Source: Watersipora subatra (lineage: Eukaryota). Taken from it: a DNA stretch of 64,000 nt. The stretch spans positions 58,018,749 to 58,082,748 of the forward strand of contig NC_088717.1 of NCBI RefSeq assembly GCF_963576615.1, written 5' to 3'. This document shows, piece after piece, positions 62,993 through 64,000 of this stretch. The position numbers and the translations under genes are program-made. Every line of letters starts with the position of its first letter. The stretch's first letter is position 1. The notes beneath the pieces were generated by a model. The model was not told where the DNA came from, ran no database searches, and was given only the letters and a program-made list of their open reading frames with translations.

Positions 62993-63518
62993 TAAGAACA
63001 CAATTCTAGCTCAGTCAGCCAATATACAATGTTGATAGTTAACTACGTTAAACCGCATAAATGTGCTGAGTTCATTACAGAGGCTCATTTCAGTTTTTGT
63101 GTATTCTCAGTAACAGCTACACTGCCCTAGTCATTTCAGCCATTTTGAGTTCCACTAAATCCACCAAGGGACGGTGTCTTAATCTACTTCATCTATAATA
63201 CTGCTACCCTCAAAGAATTTGTTTAGATAATACAAGTAGGTAACTTCACAGACCTCTGAATCATTGTTGAACAAGAATGTTCTTTCAAAGAATAAAAGAG
63301 ATGATTTGAGCAGAAGAAAAGATAATCAATTAGAGCAATTAAGTAGCAGAACAAAGAGGAAGGGCTTATGAGAGGTCAAGAACTCATTGCATTGAGAGCT
63401 CCCCATGGAATAAAATGAAAAATGTGGGTGCTATCTAGGTTTGGTTTGAGTGTGTGAAGTATGGCTATTTGTTGTGCTGTATGATTACTTCACTAGTGAG
63501 GATATATGGCCTACTAAC

Positions 63519-63770
63519 TCAGTCGATCATAGACCTATAGATCATAGACCGATCACCAACTGAGCCGATCATAGACCGATCGCCAACTGAGTCGATCATA
63601 GACCTATCACCAACTGAGTCGATCATAGACCTATCACCAACTGAGTCGATTATAGACGTATCACCAACTGAGTCGATCATAGACCTATCACCAACTAAGT
63701 CGATCATAGACCTATCACCAACTAAGTCGATCATAGACCTATAGATCATAGACCTATCACCAACTCTATT
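63519..63770. repeat. 27-bp minisatellite (CGATCATAGACCTATCACCAACTGAGT) of about 9 units.
   Basis: Direct reading. It underlies the artefactual ORF 63519..63794. Confidence 0.9.
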
Positions 63771-64000
63771 TACAAATAATAGTAGCAAACTCATAAAAAT
63801 AGAAACATGAAGATATTAACTGACCAAAATTTAATTTTAGCTTGCTATAACTAATAGCTAAAGCTTGCTATATAACATAAATAATTCTCACTATCACTAA
63901 TATAAAATAGAAAGGAACAGTCCGTATGGCAGAAAACCATCTCTGTATGAGGGAATGAGTAGAAGTTTCTTCTCTTCTGTATAGCGAAATGTGACAGGTT

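Noticed and set aside
1-64000. Reading the window as a prokaryotic accessory region (operons, defence systems).
   Set aside because: There are no long uninterrupted ORFs apart from a retrotransposon. The genes are split by GT..AG introns. The proteins are canonical metazoan ones (TCTP, UBE2K, NAGA). The repeat landscape is minisatellites plus LTR, LINE and Tc1 elements. The novelty here is eukaryotic.

Overview
This window is eukaryotic (metazoan) nuclear DNA, not prokaryotic. It is AT-rich (about one-third GC), its genes are split into short exons with canonical GT..AG introns, and it is saturated with minisatellites and retroelements.

Four host genes are supported by reading the exons directly.

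1. A GH27 alpha-N-acetylgalactosaminidase / alpha-galactosidase (NAGA-like) gene on the minus strand. Three 5' exons lie at 3297..1502 and the gene continues beyond the window start. Its intron holds a duplicated TTTCCATA-type satellite block.
2. A complete translationally controlled tumour protein gene (TCTP/tpt1, 172 aa) on the minus strand, with four exons between 9209 and 5160.
3. The ubiquitin-conjugating enzyme E2 K gene (UBE2K) on the plus strand, with six coding exons between 9552 and 22931. It is transcribed head-to-head with TCTP from a ~340 bp shared promoter. Its 10 kb first intron contains a foldback element and a 2.25 kb 40-bp satellite that ends exactly at the exon-2 splice acceptor; the satellite monomer is itself a copy of that splice junction.
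4. A previously uncharacterised seven-exon gene on the plus strand (47963..53082). It has a TATA-box promoter, a signal peptide that leaves His as the first mature residue, aromatic-rich blocks, a Ser/Thr/Gln mucin-like linker and a CLDACLHACY tail. This is a candidate novel secreted protein, possibly copper-binding and LPMO-like.

Between UBE2K and the novel gene sits a near-complete 7.8 kb BEL/Pao LTR retrotransposon on the minus strand (36417..44250). Its 527 bp LTRs are ~98% identical, it carries a candidate 5-bp TATAT target-site duplication, and its pol is frameshifted. Flanking it are a decayed LINE reverse-transcriptase fragment and, further left, a Tc1-like transposase relic. More than 25 distinct tandem arrays with 18 to 60 bp units are scattered through the window. 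No rRNA, tRNA or CRISPR features are supported; the tandem arrays have no unique spacers and the context is eukaryotic.
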